Assembly: GCA_035495795.1 (NCBI GenBank)
Contig: DATJFF010000252.1
Coordinates: 4,745 to 68,744, forward strand
Origin: Vicinamibacterales bacterium
Lineage (GTDB): Bacteria; Acidobacteriota; Vicinamibacteria; Vicinamibacterales; UBA2999
Direction: 5' to 3'
Length of the DNA: 64,000 bases
A model generated the notes under the pieces. That model made no database searches, was not told where the DNA came from, and worked only from the letters and a program-made list of their open reading frames with translations. Below, in pieces: positions 46,573 to 56,158 of the stretch. Within the stretch, counting starts at the first letter, position 1; each line of letters starts with the position of its first letter. The translations under genes were made by a program, and so were the position numbers.

Positions 46573-46956
46573 ATGATCGAACTCCTGGTCCTCGGTGGTC
46601 TCATCGCCGCCGGCCTTGCCGCCGCGGCCATCGTCGGGTTCGTCCTGTTCCTGCTCCGGATGGTGTTCTGGCTCGTCCTGCTGCCATTCCGGTTGCTGCT
46701 CCTCCCCATCCGCCTCGTGTTCTTCCCCTTCCGGCTCCTGCGCAAGCTGGTGCTGTTCCCGCTGTGGCTGGGCCTCGGCGGCATCGGTCTGGCTGTCGGC
46801 ACCATCGCGGTGCCGTTGCTGCTGGTCGGTATCCTGGCCGCCGCGGTGGTCGGAGTGATCGCGGCGGTGCTGGCGTTCGTCCTGCCGGCGATTCCTTTCC
46901 TGTTGCTCGGCCTGCTGCTGTGGGCGGTCTTCCGCCGTTCGCCGGCCGTAGCCTGA
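46573..46956 (+). CDS. hypothetical polytopic membrane protein (Leu/Phe/Pro-rich)
   Basis: ORF only. Hydrophobic throughout. Confidence 0.45.
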   Translation: MIELLVLGGLIAAGLAAAAIVGFVLFLLRMVFWLVLLPFRLLLLPIRLVFFPFRLLRKLVLFPLWLGLGGIGLAVGTIAVPLLLVGILAAAVVGVIAAVLAFVLPAIPFLLLGLLLWAVFRRSPAVA

Positions 46957-46959
46957 AAA

Positions 46960-46973
46960 GGCTCCAGGCTCTA
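46960..46973. repeat. two-unit GGCTCYA mini-array
   Basis: GGCTCCA GGCTCTA, between the convergent stops at 46954-46956 and 46978-46980. Confidence 0.6.
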
Positions 46974-46977
46974 GTCG

Positions 46978-48411
46978 TCAGTCTTCCAGCACGCGGCCGG
47001 CGGCCAGCAAAGTAGCCTCGTCGAACATTCGTCCGGTCAGCTGCACGCCGATCGGAAGGTCGCCGTTCGCGCGGCCGGCCGGGAGGCTGATGGCCGGCAG
47101 CCCGGTGAGGTTCGCGCTGACGGTGAAGACGTCGCTCAAGTACATCTGAATCGGGTCGGACGTCTTTTCGCCGAGCTTGAACGCCGGCGTCGGCGTGGTT
47201 GGCATCGCGACCACATCGCACGCGTCGAATGCGCGCGCGTAGTCCTCCCGCAACAGTGTCCGCACCTGCTGCGCCTTCAGGTAATAGGCGTCGTAGTAGC
47301 CGGCGCTGAGGACGTAGGTGCCGAGCATGATGCGGCGCTTGACCTCGGCCCCGAAGCCTTCGTCGCGGGAGCGGTCGTACATCTCCTGCAGCCCGTCCTC
47401 CTTGCCGAGCGCCGCGCGATAGCCGTAGCGCACGCCGTCGTAGCGGGCGAGGTTCGACGAGGCTTCCGCGGTGGCGACCAGGTAGTACACCGGGATGCCG
47501 TAGCGGGCGTGAGGCAGCGCGATGTCGACGAGCGACGCGCCGGCTGCGCGCCAGCGCTCGAGCGCTTCGGCAAACGCGCGCTGGATGCTCGCATCCACGC
47601 CCTCGCCGACGAGGTCGCGCGGGACGCCGATCCGGAGTCCCGACACGCCGCGATCGACGGCCCCAACGTAGTCGGGAACGGCCTCGGCAGACGAGGTCGA
47701 GTCGTGAGGATCGTGCCCGGCGATGACCTGCAGCACGAGCGCCGCGTCTTCGACAGTGTTGGTGAGCGGTCCGATCTGATCGAGCGACGAAGCAAAGGCC
47801 AGCAGGCCGTATCGGGACACCCGGCCATACGACGGCTTGAGGCCGACGAGCCCGCAGAAGGCGGCGGGCTGGCGAATCGATCCGCCAGTGTCGGATCCGA
47901 GCGCCGCGGGGATCATGGACGCGGCCACCGCCGACGCCGAACCGCCGCTGCTGCCGCCCGGCGTGCGGGTCTCGTCCCACGGATTCTTCGTCTGGCCGAT
48001 TGCCGAATTCTCGGTGGACGAGCCCATCGCGAACTCGTCGAGGTTCGTCTTGCCGATCACGATTGCTCCGGCGGCCTCGAGCCGCTCGACCACGGTCGCG
48101 GAGTAGGGCGGCACGAAGCCGCGCAGGATGCGCGACGACGCCGTCGTCGGCACGCCGGCGGTGCACATGTTGTCCTTGATCGCGATCGGCACGCCGGCGA
48201 GCGAGAGCGCCGAACGTCCGGGCATCGCGTCGACTGCGGCGGCGCGCGCGACCGCATGCTCGTGCAGAACCGCGTTGAACGCGCCAAGCCGCGGCTCCCG
48301 CTCCCGGATGCGCGCGAGCGCCGCCTCGCAGACCTCAACCGCGCGACGCTCTCCGCCCGCGACCGCGCGGGCAATCGCGCGGGCCGATCGGTCGATGGTG
48401 GCCGACATCAC
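46978..48411 (-). CDS. gatA: Asp-tRNA(Asn)/Glu-tRNA(Gln) amidotransferase subunit A
   Basis: Amidase signature [13 protein letters not shown]. Overlaps gatC. Confidence 0.95.
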   Translation of the reverse strand: MMSATIDRSARAIARAVAGGERRAVEVCEAALARIREREPRLGAFNAVLHEHAVARAAAVDAMPGRSALSLAGVPIAIKDNMCTAGVPTTASSRILRGFVPPYSATVVERLEAAGAIVIGKTNLDEFAMGSSTENSAIGQTKNPWDETRTPGGSSGGSASAVAASMIPAALGSDTGGSIRQPAAFCGLVGLKPSYGRVSRYGLLAFASSLDQIGPLTNTVEDAALVLQVIAGHDPHDSTSSAEAVPDYVGAVDRGVSGLRIGVPRDLVGEGVDASIQRAFAEALERWRAAGASLVDIALPHARYGIPVYYLVATAEASSNLARYDGVRYGYRAALGKEDGLQEMYDRSRDEGFGAEVKRRIMLGTYVLSAGYYDAYYLKAQQVRTLLREDYARAFDACDVVAMPTTPTPAFKLGEKTSDPIQMYLSDVFTVSANLTGLPAISLPAGRANGDLPIGVQLTGRMFDEATLLAAGRVLED

Positions 48412-48701
48412 AGGACTCGCGGAACTTTGAAGAGGCCGGCTTCGCGGGCGGCGTCCGGTGCGTTCGAGAGCGCCTCGGGACGAGGCAGCGACGGCACGTT
48501 CTCGTCCGGCCGCTCGACCGGCCGATTCAGCACGTGTGACGTGGGCGCGACGCCGGTGGTGTCGAGGCCGCGGATCTGCTCGACGTAGTCGAGGATGTCA
48601 CCGAGCTGCCTGGTAAAGAGATCGAGCTCGCTCGAGGTGAGCTCGAGCCGTGCCAGTTCGGCGATCCGCGCTACCTCCGCGCGGGTCAACGACGTTGCCA
48701 T
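48408..48701 (-). CDS. gatC: Asp-tRNA(Asn)/Glu-tRNA(Gln) amidotransferase subunit C
   Basis: [22 protein letters not shown]...LDYVEQI. The longer track ORF reads through the repeat. Confidence 0.85.
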   Translation of the reverse strand: MATSLTRAEVARIAELARLELTSSELDLFTRQLGDILDYVEQIRGLDTTGVAPTSHVLNRPVERPDENVPSLPRPEALSNAPDAAREAGLFKVPRVL

Positions 48702-48719
48702 AGCCGATGATTGTAGTCC

Positions 48720-48754
48720 GAAGTGAGAGGCGAGAAATGAGAGGTGAGAGGTAC
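48720..48754. repeat. GAGAGGT-type heptamer array (single arm, 5 units)
   Basis: GAAGTGA GAGGCGA GAAATGA GAGGTGA GAGGTAC, 18 nt upstream of the gatC start. Confidence 0.85.
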
Positions 48755-48776
48755 CCCCCTCCGGGAGGGTCAACGC

Positions 48777-49658
48777 TTACTGGTCACGTCTCACTTCGCC
48801 CTCGTCGTCTGTCAAGGGCCAGAAATGCCCGTCGTCGAGGAGCCACGCGCGCCCGTTGAAGCCGCTCTCTGCAGCCTGCGCGCGCAGCGTGCGAAGGGCC
48901 GCGCCGCGTTCGTATCGGATCGAGAGATGGTGCAGGACAAGCGCGCGCACGCCGGCCTCCCTCGCGACGGTCAGGGCCTCGAGCGTGCTCGCGTGAATCG
49001 GCTCGCGGCGGTCGGCCGCGTCGAGGAACGTGGCATCGTGCACCAGCAGCTCCGCATGGCGGACGAGATCGACAGGGATCGGCATGGCATCCCCGCTGTG
49101 GGCGAACAGCACGTGCGGTACGGCCTCGGTCATCGCCTCGCGATCGCCGGCCCGTGCCCGTCGCTCGATCTCGGCAGCCGGGAGCGATGCGAACTCGGGC
49201 CGCAGGCGGCGCCGCTGCTCGATCACGCGGTAGCCGAGCGCCGGCTCTCCGCCGGTGTGGTCCACCGCAAACGCGTCGAGGTGCCGGCCTTTGCCCAGCG
49301 GCACGCTCGCACCCGGGCCGACCCCGACCCAGGTGACCGGGAACGAGACGCCGGCATAGCTCGTATCGAGGAGTGCGCGCGCCCCGCGGATCCCTCGCGA
49401 TCCCTCCGGATAGGCGATGGTGAGCGGCTTGTCCTGGGCGCCCTTGCCGAACCGCCGCGCCGCGACCAGGCCTGGCAACCCCAGCACGTGATCGGAGTGC
49501 CCGTGGGTGATGGCGAGGACGTCAGGAGCGTAGACGGAGGTGCCAAGGGCAAGCTGCAGACCTTCGCCGGCATCGATCAGGAGATGCAGCGGCCGATGCC
49601 AGAGCCAGTTGCTGTACATCCCTCGCGAGAAGCCAACCAGGTCTGGCCGGCTGCTCAT
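48777..49658 (-). CDS. MBL-fold metallo-hydrolase (RNase Z/ElaC-like)
   Basis: LLIDAGEG, ITHGHSDHVLGLPG. ATGA overlap with the TetR gene. Confidence 0.75.
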   Translation of the reverse strand: MSSRPDLVGFSRGMYSNWLWHRPLHLLIDAGEGLQLALGTSVYAPDVLAITHGHSDHVLGLPGLVAARRFGKGAQDKPLTIAYPEGSRGIRGARALLDTSYAGVSFPVTWVGVGPGASVPLGKGRHLDAFAVDHTGGEPALGYRVIEQRRRLRPEFASLPAAEIERRARAGDREAMTEAVPHVLFAHSGDAMPIPVDLVRHAELLVHDATFLDAADRREPIHASTLEALTVAREAGVRALVLHHLSIRYERGAALRTLRAQAAESGFNGRAWLLDDGHFWPLTDDEGEVRRDQ

Positions 49659-50344
49659 GACGGGGCCGGGTGACGGCGCGGGCGGCGCCGCGACACGGCC
49701 GGCTGCGAACGCGGCGGCGGGTGCGGGGCGCGCGGGCGCGGCGTTGCGGCCGACGTGTCCAGGCGGTACGGATCGAGCAAGGTATGGAGGTCGGCCTTGA
49801 CCCACTGTTCGGGCGGCACGTGCTGACCGATCGCGCTCCAGGTGAGCAGCGACCCGCGGAGCATGGCAATCACCGCTCGGGCGAGCGGGGCCGCAGCGCA
49901 CGCGATCAATTCGCCGCGCGCCTGCGCTTCGTCGATGAGCGCCGCCAGTTCGCGCTCGAGTGTTGCGTCGTGGCGCTCGGCGCAGGCACGGAACTCGGGG
50001 TCCTCGAGGGTCAGTTGCAGGAACGCGAGCAGGTTGGCGAGTTGCTGCGGCTCGGCGGCGATTTCCCGAACGCAGTCGGACACATCGGTGACGACGTGCA
50101 GGGCCGACTGGCTGGTGCGGCGGCGGGCCTGGAAGCCCTCGGCCATGCAGGTAATGCCGTATTCGGCGACGGCGAGGAGCAGCTTGCGCTTGGTCTTGAA
50201 GCGCAGCAGAAGAGTAGCCGGCGACAGCCCGACTTCGCGGGCGACGTCCTCGAGCCGCAGCCGGGCCGGCCCGTGACGGGCGAGCAGGCGCGCCGCCGCC
50301 TCGAGAATGGCGGCGTCCGATGCGGTCTTGGGCCGCGGTGACAT
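49655..50344 (-). CDS. TetR/AcrR family transcriptional regulator
   Basis: N-terminal HTH: ...LRLEDVAREVGLSPATLLLRFKTKRKLL. Confidence 0.85.
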   Translation of the reverse strand: MSPRPKTASDAAILEAAARLLARHGPARLRLEDVAREVGLSPATLLLRFKTKRKLLLAVAEYGITCMAEGFQARRRTSQSALHVVTDVSDCVREIAAEPQQLANLLAFLQLTLEDPEFRACAERHDATLERELAALIDEAQARGELIACAAAPLARAVIAMLRGSLLTWSAIGQHVPPEQWVKADLHTLLDPYRLDTSAATPRPRAPHPPPRSQPAVSRRRPRRHPAPS

Positions 50345-50345
50345 C

Positions 50346-50374
50346 AACGTTACTTTACAATAACTGAACGTTCA
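50346..50374. promoter_or_regulatory. candidate TetR operator in AT-rich divergent region
   Basis: Perfect 10-bp palindrome TGAACGTTCA at 50365-50374. A second AACGTT core at 50346-50351, 21 bp away. Confidence 0.4.
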
Positions 50375-50443
50375 TTTATCATCCCGTTTTTGGCCGTTCC
50401 CGCACGGACTTATCCGTCAAGCCGTGGACGGCGTCCAACCGTT

Positions 50444-51586
50444 ATGCCGCGCATAGTCCCCACACTCTTTGGATTCTTTCTCCTCGGCGCGCTGGCAGTT
50501 GCCGCCTGCAACCGCAACCCCGGCGGAGCGCCGGGCGCCGGTCCCGGCGGTCCGGGCGGCGGTCCGCCGCCGATGCCGGTCGAGACCGTCACGCTGGCCG
50601 AGAAGCCGCTCGAGCGGACGAGCGAGTACATCGCCTCGCTCAAGTCGCGCCGTTCGTCGACGATTCAGCCGCAGGTGGAAGGCTTCCTGACGCGCATCGC
50701 GGTACGCTCCGGCGATCGCGTCGGTCAGGGCACGGTGCTGTTCGAAGTGGACTCGGGGCCGCAGCAGGCCGCCGTGGCTACGCTCGAGAGCACGCGTGCG
50801 CAGCGTGACGCGGAGTTGAGCTACGCCACCCAGGAGCTGGCGCGAACCAAGGCCTTGTACGCCGCCGGTGCGGTGAGCCAGCGCGAGCTGGCACAGGCCG
50901 AGACCGCGAGCCGCACCGCTGAGGCCGCGCTCAGGGCCGTCGACGAGCAGATTCGCCAGCAGAAGACCGAGTTGGCCTACTACCGCGTCACCTCGCCGAC
51001 GGCGGGGACCGTCGGCGACATCCCGGTACGGCCGGGCGACCGTGTCACCAAGACCACCGTCCTGACGACCGTGGACGAGAACGACGTGCTCGAGATCTAC
51101 GTGAACGTGCCGGTGCAGCAGGCGGCGGATCTCAAGCTCGGGCTGCCGATCCGGATCGAGGACGACCGCGGCAACGTGCTCGCCACCAACAAGATTACTT
51201 TCATCTCGCCGAATGTCGAACCGACGCAGACCGTGCTCGCCAAGGCCACGCTCGTTGACGGACGCGGCAGTTTCCGCAGCGATCAGCTCGTTCGCGCGCG
51301 GATCGTCTGGCGGGCCGAGCCGGGCCTCAGCGTGCCGCTCACCGCGGTGACGCGAATCAACGGACAGTACTTCGCCTACGTCGTGGAGAAGGAGGGCGAC
51401 AAGACCGTCGCCCGCCAGAAAGGCGTGACGCTCGGGCCGCTCACCGGCAACGATTACCTGGTGCTCGACGGCCTGAAGCCTGGCGAGCAGCTGATCACCG
51501 CCGGCATCCAGAAGATTCGTGACGGCGCACCGGTGATGGTTGGTGGTCCGCCCGCTGGCGCACCCGGCCAGCAGAAGGCGTCGTAG
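50444..51586 (+). CDS. efflux RND transporter periplasmic adaptor (MFP) subunit
   Basis: Lipoprotein-like signal ...LGALAVAAC|N. Biotinyl-lipoyl/hairpin/beta-barrel pattern. Confidence 0.85.
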   Translation: MPRIVPTLFGFFLLGALAVAACNRNPGGAPGAGPGGPGGGPPPMPVETVTLAEKPLERTSEYIASLKSRRSSTIQPQVEGFLTRIAVRSGDRVGQGTVLFEVDSGPQQAAVATLESTRAQRDAELSYATQELARTKALYAAGAVSQRELAQAETASRTAEAALRAVDEQIRQQKTELAYYRVTSPTAGTVGDIPVRPGDRVTKTTVLTTVDENDVLEIYVNVPVQQAADLKLGLPIRIEDDRGNVLATNKITFISPNVEPTQTVLAKATLVDGRGSFRSDQLVRARIVWRAEPGLSVPLTAVTRINGQYFAYVVEKEGDKTVARQKGVTLGPLTGNDYLVLDGLKPGEQLITAGIQKIRDGAPVMVGGPPAGAPGQQKAS

Positions 51587-51588
51587 CC

Positions 51589-54500
51589 ATGTTCGCAGAC
51601 GTCTTCATCAAGCGGCCGGTCCTCTCGACGGTCTGCTCGCTGCTCATCATCCTCGCCGGCGCGATCTCGATCCCGATTCTGCCGATCGCGCGCTACCCGG
51701 AACTGGCGCCGCCGGCGGTATCGGTGACGGCGTTCTACACCGGCGCCAACGCCCAGACGGTCGAGAGCGCGGTGACCACGCCGCTCGAGCAGGTGATCAA
51801 CGGCGTCGAGGGCATGACCTACATGACCTCCTCGTCGACGAACTCCGGCATCTCGACGATCACGGTCACCTTCGACATTTCGCGAAACCAGGACCTGGCT
51901 GCCGTCGACGTCCAGAACCGCGTCAACTCGGCGCTCGGGCGAATGCCGGCCGATGTCCGCACCAACGGCATCACCGTCACCAAGGTGACCGCCGGGTTCA
52001 TGGGCGGTATCGGCTTCTTCAGCAAAGACAACCGCTACAGCAACCTCTACATCAGCAACTACCTCGATCTCTACGTCCGCGACGCGATCAAGCGCGTTCC
52101 GGGGGTCGGCGACGTCATCATCTTCGGCGAGCGCCGCTACGCGATGCGCCTGTGGCTCGATCCGAGCCGGCTGGCCGCAAGGCGGCTCACCGCGAGCGAC
52201 GTACTCAACGCCCTGCGCGAGCAGAACGTGCAGGTCGCGGCCGGAGCGCTCGGCGATCAGCCGGCCGAAGAAGGGCAGATGTTCACGATGAGCGTCCGCG
52301 CAGTCGGACGTCTCACCGAAGTCCAGGAGTTCGAGAACGTCGTCGTCCAGACCGGCGCCGACGGGGCCATGGTCCGCGTCAAGGACATCGGCAGGGTCGA
52401 GCTCGGCGCCGAGCAGTACGCCGCGAACTTGCGCTTCCTCGAGCTCGAGGCCTCCGGCATGGGCATCACGCTGCTGCCGACCGCCAACGCGCTCGACGTC
52501 TATCGGGGCGTGATGGAGACGATGGCCCGCCTCGAGCCGAGCTTCCCGCCCGGGCTCGAGTGGCGGCTCGCCTTCGACAACGTCAGCGTGGTCCGCGAGT
52601 CGATCGTCGAGGTGCTGAAGACCCTCGGCGAGGCGATTGTCCTGGTCATCATCGTGATGTTCCTGTTCCTCCAGAACTGGCGCAGCACGATCATCCCGGC
52701 GGTCACGATTCCGGTATCACTGGTCGGCACCTTCGCATTCATCAAGCTGTTCGGCTTCTCGATCAACACCCTGACGCTCTTCGGCATCGTCCTCGCCACC
52801 GGCATCGTGGTGGACGATGCGATCGTGGTGATCGAAAACATCGAGCGCCACATGGCCGAGTTCCACAAGTCGGCCAGACGGGCGGCGATCGATGCGATGC
52901 GCGAGGTGTTCGGCGCGGTCGTGGTCATCGGCATCGTGCTGGTGTCGGTGTTCGTGCCTGTTGCGTTCTTCCCCGGTGTGACGGGACGGCTCTATCAGCA
53001 GTTCTCGCTCACCATCGCGTTTGCTGTGGTCCTGTCGGTCTTCAACGCGGTGACGCTGACGCCGGCCCTTTCGGCGCTGCTGCTCGACAAGGAGCACCAC
53101 GCGCACGGCCGGATCTTCGGCGGCATCAACTGGGTCATCGACGGAGGCACTCATCTCTACGTCAGGCTGGTCCGCGGCGCGCTGCGGCTGCGCTACGCGA
53201 TGCTCATCCTGTTCGCCGGCGGGCTGTGGGCCACCTACACCCTGCTGCAGGTCGTGCCAACGGCGTTCGTCCCAGAGGAGGACGAGGGATTCCTGATCTG
53301 TATCGTGCAGGCCCCGGCTGGCGCGTCGCTCGAATACACGACCGAGATCGCGAAAAAGGCGGAGAAGATCCTTTACGCTGACCCGGACATCGCCGCGGCG
53401 TTCTCGGTGATGGGCTTCAGCTTCTCAGGGGCGGCGCCGAACAACGGGCTGATCTTCACCCGCCTCAAGGAGTACAAGGAGCGGCCGGGGGCCGAGCACT
53501 CGCTGCGCGCCGTGCTGAATCGGATCAGCGGTCCGCTGTTCATGATTCCGGGCGCGATCGTCGTGGCCTTCCCGCCGCCCGCGATCCAGGGACTGTCCAC
53601 GTTCGGCGGCTTCCAGTTCGAGGTGCTGGACCAGACCAACAACCCCGACATCAATGGCCTTGCCCAGGCGACGTTCGGGATGATCGGCGCCGGCAACCAG
53701 AGCGGCCAGGTGCAGGGACTGTTCAGCGGGTTCCGCGCCGACGATCCGCAGCTGATCGTCGAGATCGACCGCGACCGCGCGCGCAGCCTCGGGCTGCCGC
53801 TGCGCGAAGTGACCGACGCGATGCAGGTATTCCTCGGGTCGTCGTACGTCAACGACTTCGATTTCAACAATCGCGCCTACCGCGTCTACGCCCAGGCCGA
53901 TCAACGGTTCCGCGCGCACCCCGAGGACCTGCGACAGATCTACGCGCGGGCTTCCGACGGCCAGATGGTCCCGCTCGACACGGTGGTCCGGCTCCGCGAG
54001 ACGACCGCGCCCCAGGTGATCAGCCACTTCAACCTGTTCCGCTCGGCGGAAATCACCGGCAACCCTGCTCGCGGCCAGAGCTCGGGTCAGGCGCTTCAGG
54101 CAATGGAGCGGTTGGCCGGGCAGACGCTGCCGCCGGGGTTCACGTTCGCGTGGGCCGGGCAGTCGCTCGAAGAAATCAAGGCCGGCTCGCAGGCCGGTGC
54201 AATCTTCGGCCTGTCGGTGATCATCGTTTACCTCGTGCTGGCGGCACAGTACGAGAGCTGGGTGCTGCCGTTCATCATTCTGCTCGGCGTGCCGCTCGCG
54301 ATTCTGGGAGCGCTGTCGGCGCAGCTGCTTCGCGGGCTGGCCAATGACGTGTTCTGTCAGGTCGGCCTCGTGCTGCTGATCGGTCTGGCGGCCAAGAACT
54401 CGATCCTGATCGTCGAGTTCGCGGAGCAGATGCGCGAGCGCGGCATGTCGATCATCGACGCCGCCGTGGAGGCCTCGCGGATCCGCCTGCGGCCAATCCT

Positions 54501-56046
54501 GATGACCTCGTTCGCGTTCATCCTCGGCGTTTTGCCGTTGGCGCTGGCCACCGGAGCAGGCGCGGCGGCCAGGAATTCCGTCGGCACGACGGTGGCGGGT
54601 GGGATGGTCGCGTCCACGTTCCTGTCGATCGTCTTCATCCCCGTGCTCTACGTCATCATCCGCACGCTCGTGCCCGGCAAGGCGCGCGGCGCCGAGGAAC
54701 CGGAAGACGAACCGTCGGGGCCGGGGCCGGCGGCAACCGCGGCCATCGTGGTGCTGCTCGCGGTCGGACTCTCCGGGAACGCGCTGGCCCAGGTTCCCGC
54801 TCCAGGCCAGCCATCGACACCGGTGGGCATGCAGCCAGCCACCGCGACCATGCCGCCGGCGGTGACCTTCGACGAGGCCGTGGCGAAGGCCGTGGACCAG
54901 AATCTCACGGTGCAAATCACCGCGACGAACATCCTGCGGGCCGAGGCGCTGCTGCAGCAGATCCGCGCGGCGACGATGCCGTTTGTCAATGCCACGGTCA
55001 TCAACTCGACACTCGATGCGGCCCGCGGCTTCTCGGGAAACATCGTCCAGCCGCAAAACCAGTGGACGCTGACGGCGTCGGCCGGCATGCCGGTGCTGGC
55101 CGCGGCGCGGTGGGCGGCGCGCGCGCAGCAGGCCGATCGCATCGAGATCGAACGCCTGAATACGACCGACGTTCGACGGCAGATCGCGGTGTCGGCGGCG
55201 ACCGCGTATCTCGCGGTCATCAATCAGAAGCGTCTCGTGGAGGTCCAGTTGCGATCGCTCGAAACCGCGAGGGCGCAGCTGGACTACAACCAGAAGCGGC
55301 TGGAAGGCGGGATCGGCAGCCGGCTCAATCAACTGCGTGCAGCGCAGATCGCCTCGACCGAGGAAGGTCTCGTCGAGGTGTTTCAACTGAACGTCGAACG
55401 GGCACGCGAGGCGCTCGGCGTGTTGATCAACGCGGACGGTCCGCGTGACGCCGCCGGCGAGCCCGCATTCGAAGTGCCGATCATCGGCGCTCCCGAAGAG
55501 TGGCTGCCGGCCCGCACCGACTATCGGCTCTTCACCGCCGAGCGGGCCCTGTCCGAGCGCATCCTCCGCGACAGCTCGAAAGACTGGTGGCCGACAGCAA
55601 CAGTGTCGTTCGATCCGGCCTACGTAACGCCGGCCGGCCTGTTTCAGCCGTCCGGCACGTGGCGGATCACTGTGAACGTCTCCCAGCCGGTCTACGACGG
55701 CGGTTTGCGGTCCGGTTTGAAGGCCGAGCGCGCGGCTAATCTGCGCAGCAGCGAGCTCTCGCTCGATCTGCTCGAGCTCCAGGCGCGTGCCGAGGTGCGG
55801 ACCGCCCGCGCGGCGGTGGAGTATCAGGAGCGGGCGCTCGCCAGCGCCCGTGCTGCCGCCGACGCGGCGAACGAGGTCCTGAAGATCACGATCATCGCGT
55901 TCGACGCCGGCGCGTCGACGAACATCGAAGTCATCGACGCGCAGCGCTCGGCGCGCGATCTCGAAACAGCGGTCGCCCAGGCCGAAGATCGGGTCCGCCA
56001 GGCGCGGCTCGATCTACTCGTCGCCCTCGGGCGCTTCCCTCAATAA
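51589..56046 (+). CDS. RND (AcrB/HAE1-like) permease fused in frame to a TolC/OprM-like outer membrane factor
   Basis: aa 1-~1030 RND with a 12-TM layout. aa ~1047-1066 hydrophobic AATAAIVVLLAVGLSGNALA with ALA|Q. aa ~1067-1485 OMF repeats. No stop codon in the track. Confidence 0.75.
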   Translation: MFADVFIKRPVLSTVCSLLIILAGAISIPILPIARYPELAPPAVSVTAFYTGANAQTVESAVTTPLEQVINGVEGMTYMTSSSTNSGISTITVTFDISRNQDLAAVDVQNRVNSALGRMPADVRTNGITVTKVTAGFMGGIGFFSKDNRYSNLYISNYLDLYVRDAIKRVPGVGDVIIFGERRYAMRLWLDPSRLAARRLTASDVLNALREQNVQVAAGALGDQPAEEGQMFTMSVRAVGRLTEVQEFENVVVQTGADGAMVRVKDIGRVELGAEQYAANLRFLELEASGMGITLLPTANALDVYRGVMETMARLEPSFPPGLEWRLAFDNVSVVRESIVEVLKTLGEAIVLVIIVMFLFLQNWRSTIIPAVTIPVSLVGTFAFIKLFGFSINTLTLFGIVLATGIVVDDAIVVIENIERHMAEFHKSARRAAIDAMREVFGAVVVIGIVLVSVFVPVAFFPGVTGRLYQQFSLTIAFAVVLSVFNAVTLTPALSALLLDKEHHAHGRIFGGINWVIDGGTHLYVRLVRGALRLRYAMLILFAGGLWATYTLLQVVPTAFVPEEDEGFLICIVQAPAGASLEYTTEIAKKAEKILYADPDIAAAFSVMGFSFSGAAPNNGLIFTRLKEYKERPGAEHSLRAVLNRISGPLFMIPGAIVVAFPPPAIQGLSTFGGFQFEVLDQTNNPDINGLAQATFGMIGAGNQSGQVQGLFSGFRADDPQLIVEIDRDRARSLGLPLREVTDAMQVFLGSSYVNDFDFNNRAYRVYAQADQRFRAHPEDLRQIYARASDGQMVPLDTVVRLRETTAPQVISHFNLFRSAEITGNPARGQSSGQALQAMERLAGQTLPPGFTFAWAGQSLEEIKAGSQAGAIFGLSVIIVYLVLAAQYESWVLPFIILLGVPLAILGALSAQLLRGLANDVFCQVGLVLLIGLAAKNSILIVEFAEQMRERGMSIIDAAVEASRIRLRPILMTSFAFILGVLPLALATGAGAAARNSVGTTVAGGMVASTFLSIVFIPVLYVIIRTLVPGKARGAEEPEDEPSGPGPAATAAIVVLLAVGLSGNALAQVPAPGQPSTPVGMQPATATMPPAVTFDEAVAKAVDQNLTVQITATNILRAEALLQQIRAATMPFVNATVINSTLDAARGFSGNIVQPQNQWTLTASAGMPVLAAARWAARAQQADRIEIERLNTTDVRRQIAVSAATAYLAVINQKRLVEVQLRSLETARAQLDYNQKRLEGGIGSRLNQLRAAQIASTEEGLVEVFQLNVERAREALGVLINADGPRDAAGEPAFEVPIIGAPEEWLPARTDYRLFTAERALSERILRDSSKDWWPTATVSFDPAYVTPAGLFQPSGTWRITVNVSQPVYDGGLRSGLKAERAANLRSSELSLDLLELQARAEVRTARAAVEYQERALASARAAADAANEVLKITIIAFDAGASTNIEVIDAQRSARDLETAVAQAEDRVRQARLDLLVALGRFPQ

Positions 56047-56143
56047 GGCATAAGGCAAAAGGCAGAAGGCAAAGGCAAAAGGCAAAAGGCAAAAGGCAAA
56101 AGGCAAGAGTCCGAAGGCAGAAGGCCGAGGGCACAGGCAGAAA
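56047..56143 (+). repeat. GGCARAA heptamer array (about 14 units, largest copy)
   Basis: GGCATAA GGCAAAA GGCAGAA GGCAAA (GGCAAAA)x4 GGCAAGA GTCCGAA GGCAGAA GGCCGAG GGCACAG GCAGAAA. Starts directly after the stop at 56044-56046. Confidence 0.9.
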
Positions 56144-56158
56144 CGGCGACCTGCTAGC

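Noticed and set aside
54745-54760. Independent OMF start at the GTG GTG codons within the RND-OMF junction
   Set aside because: There is no Shine-Dalgarno sequence. The resulting signal peptide would lack a positively charged n-region. This remains the main alternative to a true fusion and is listed under that finding.
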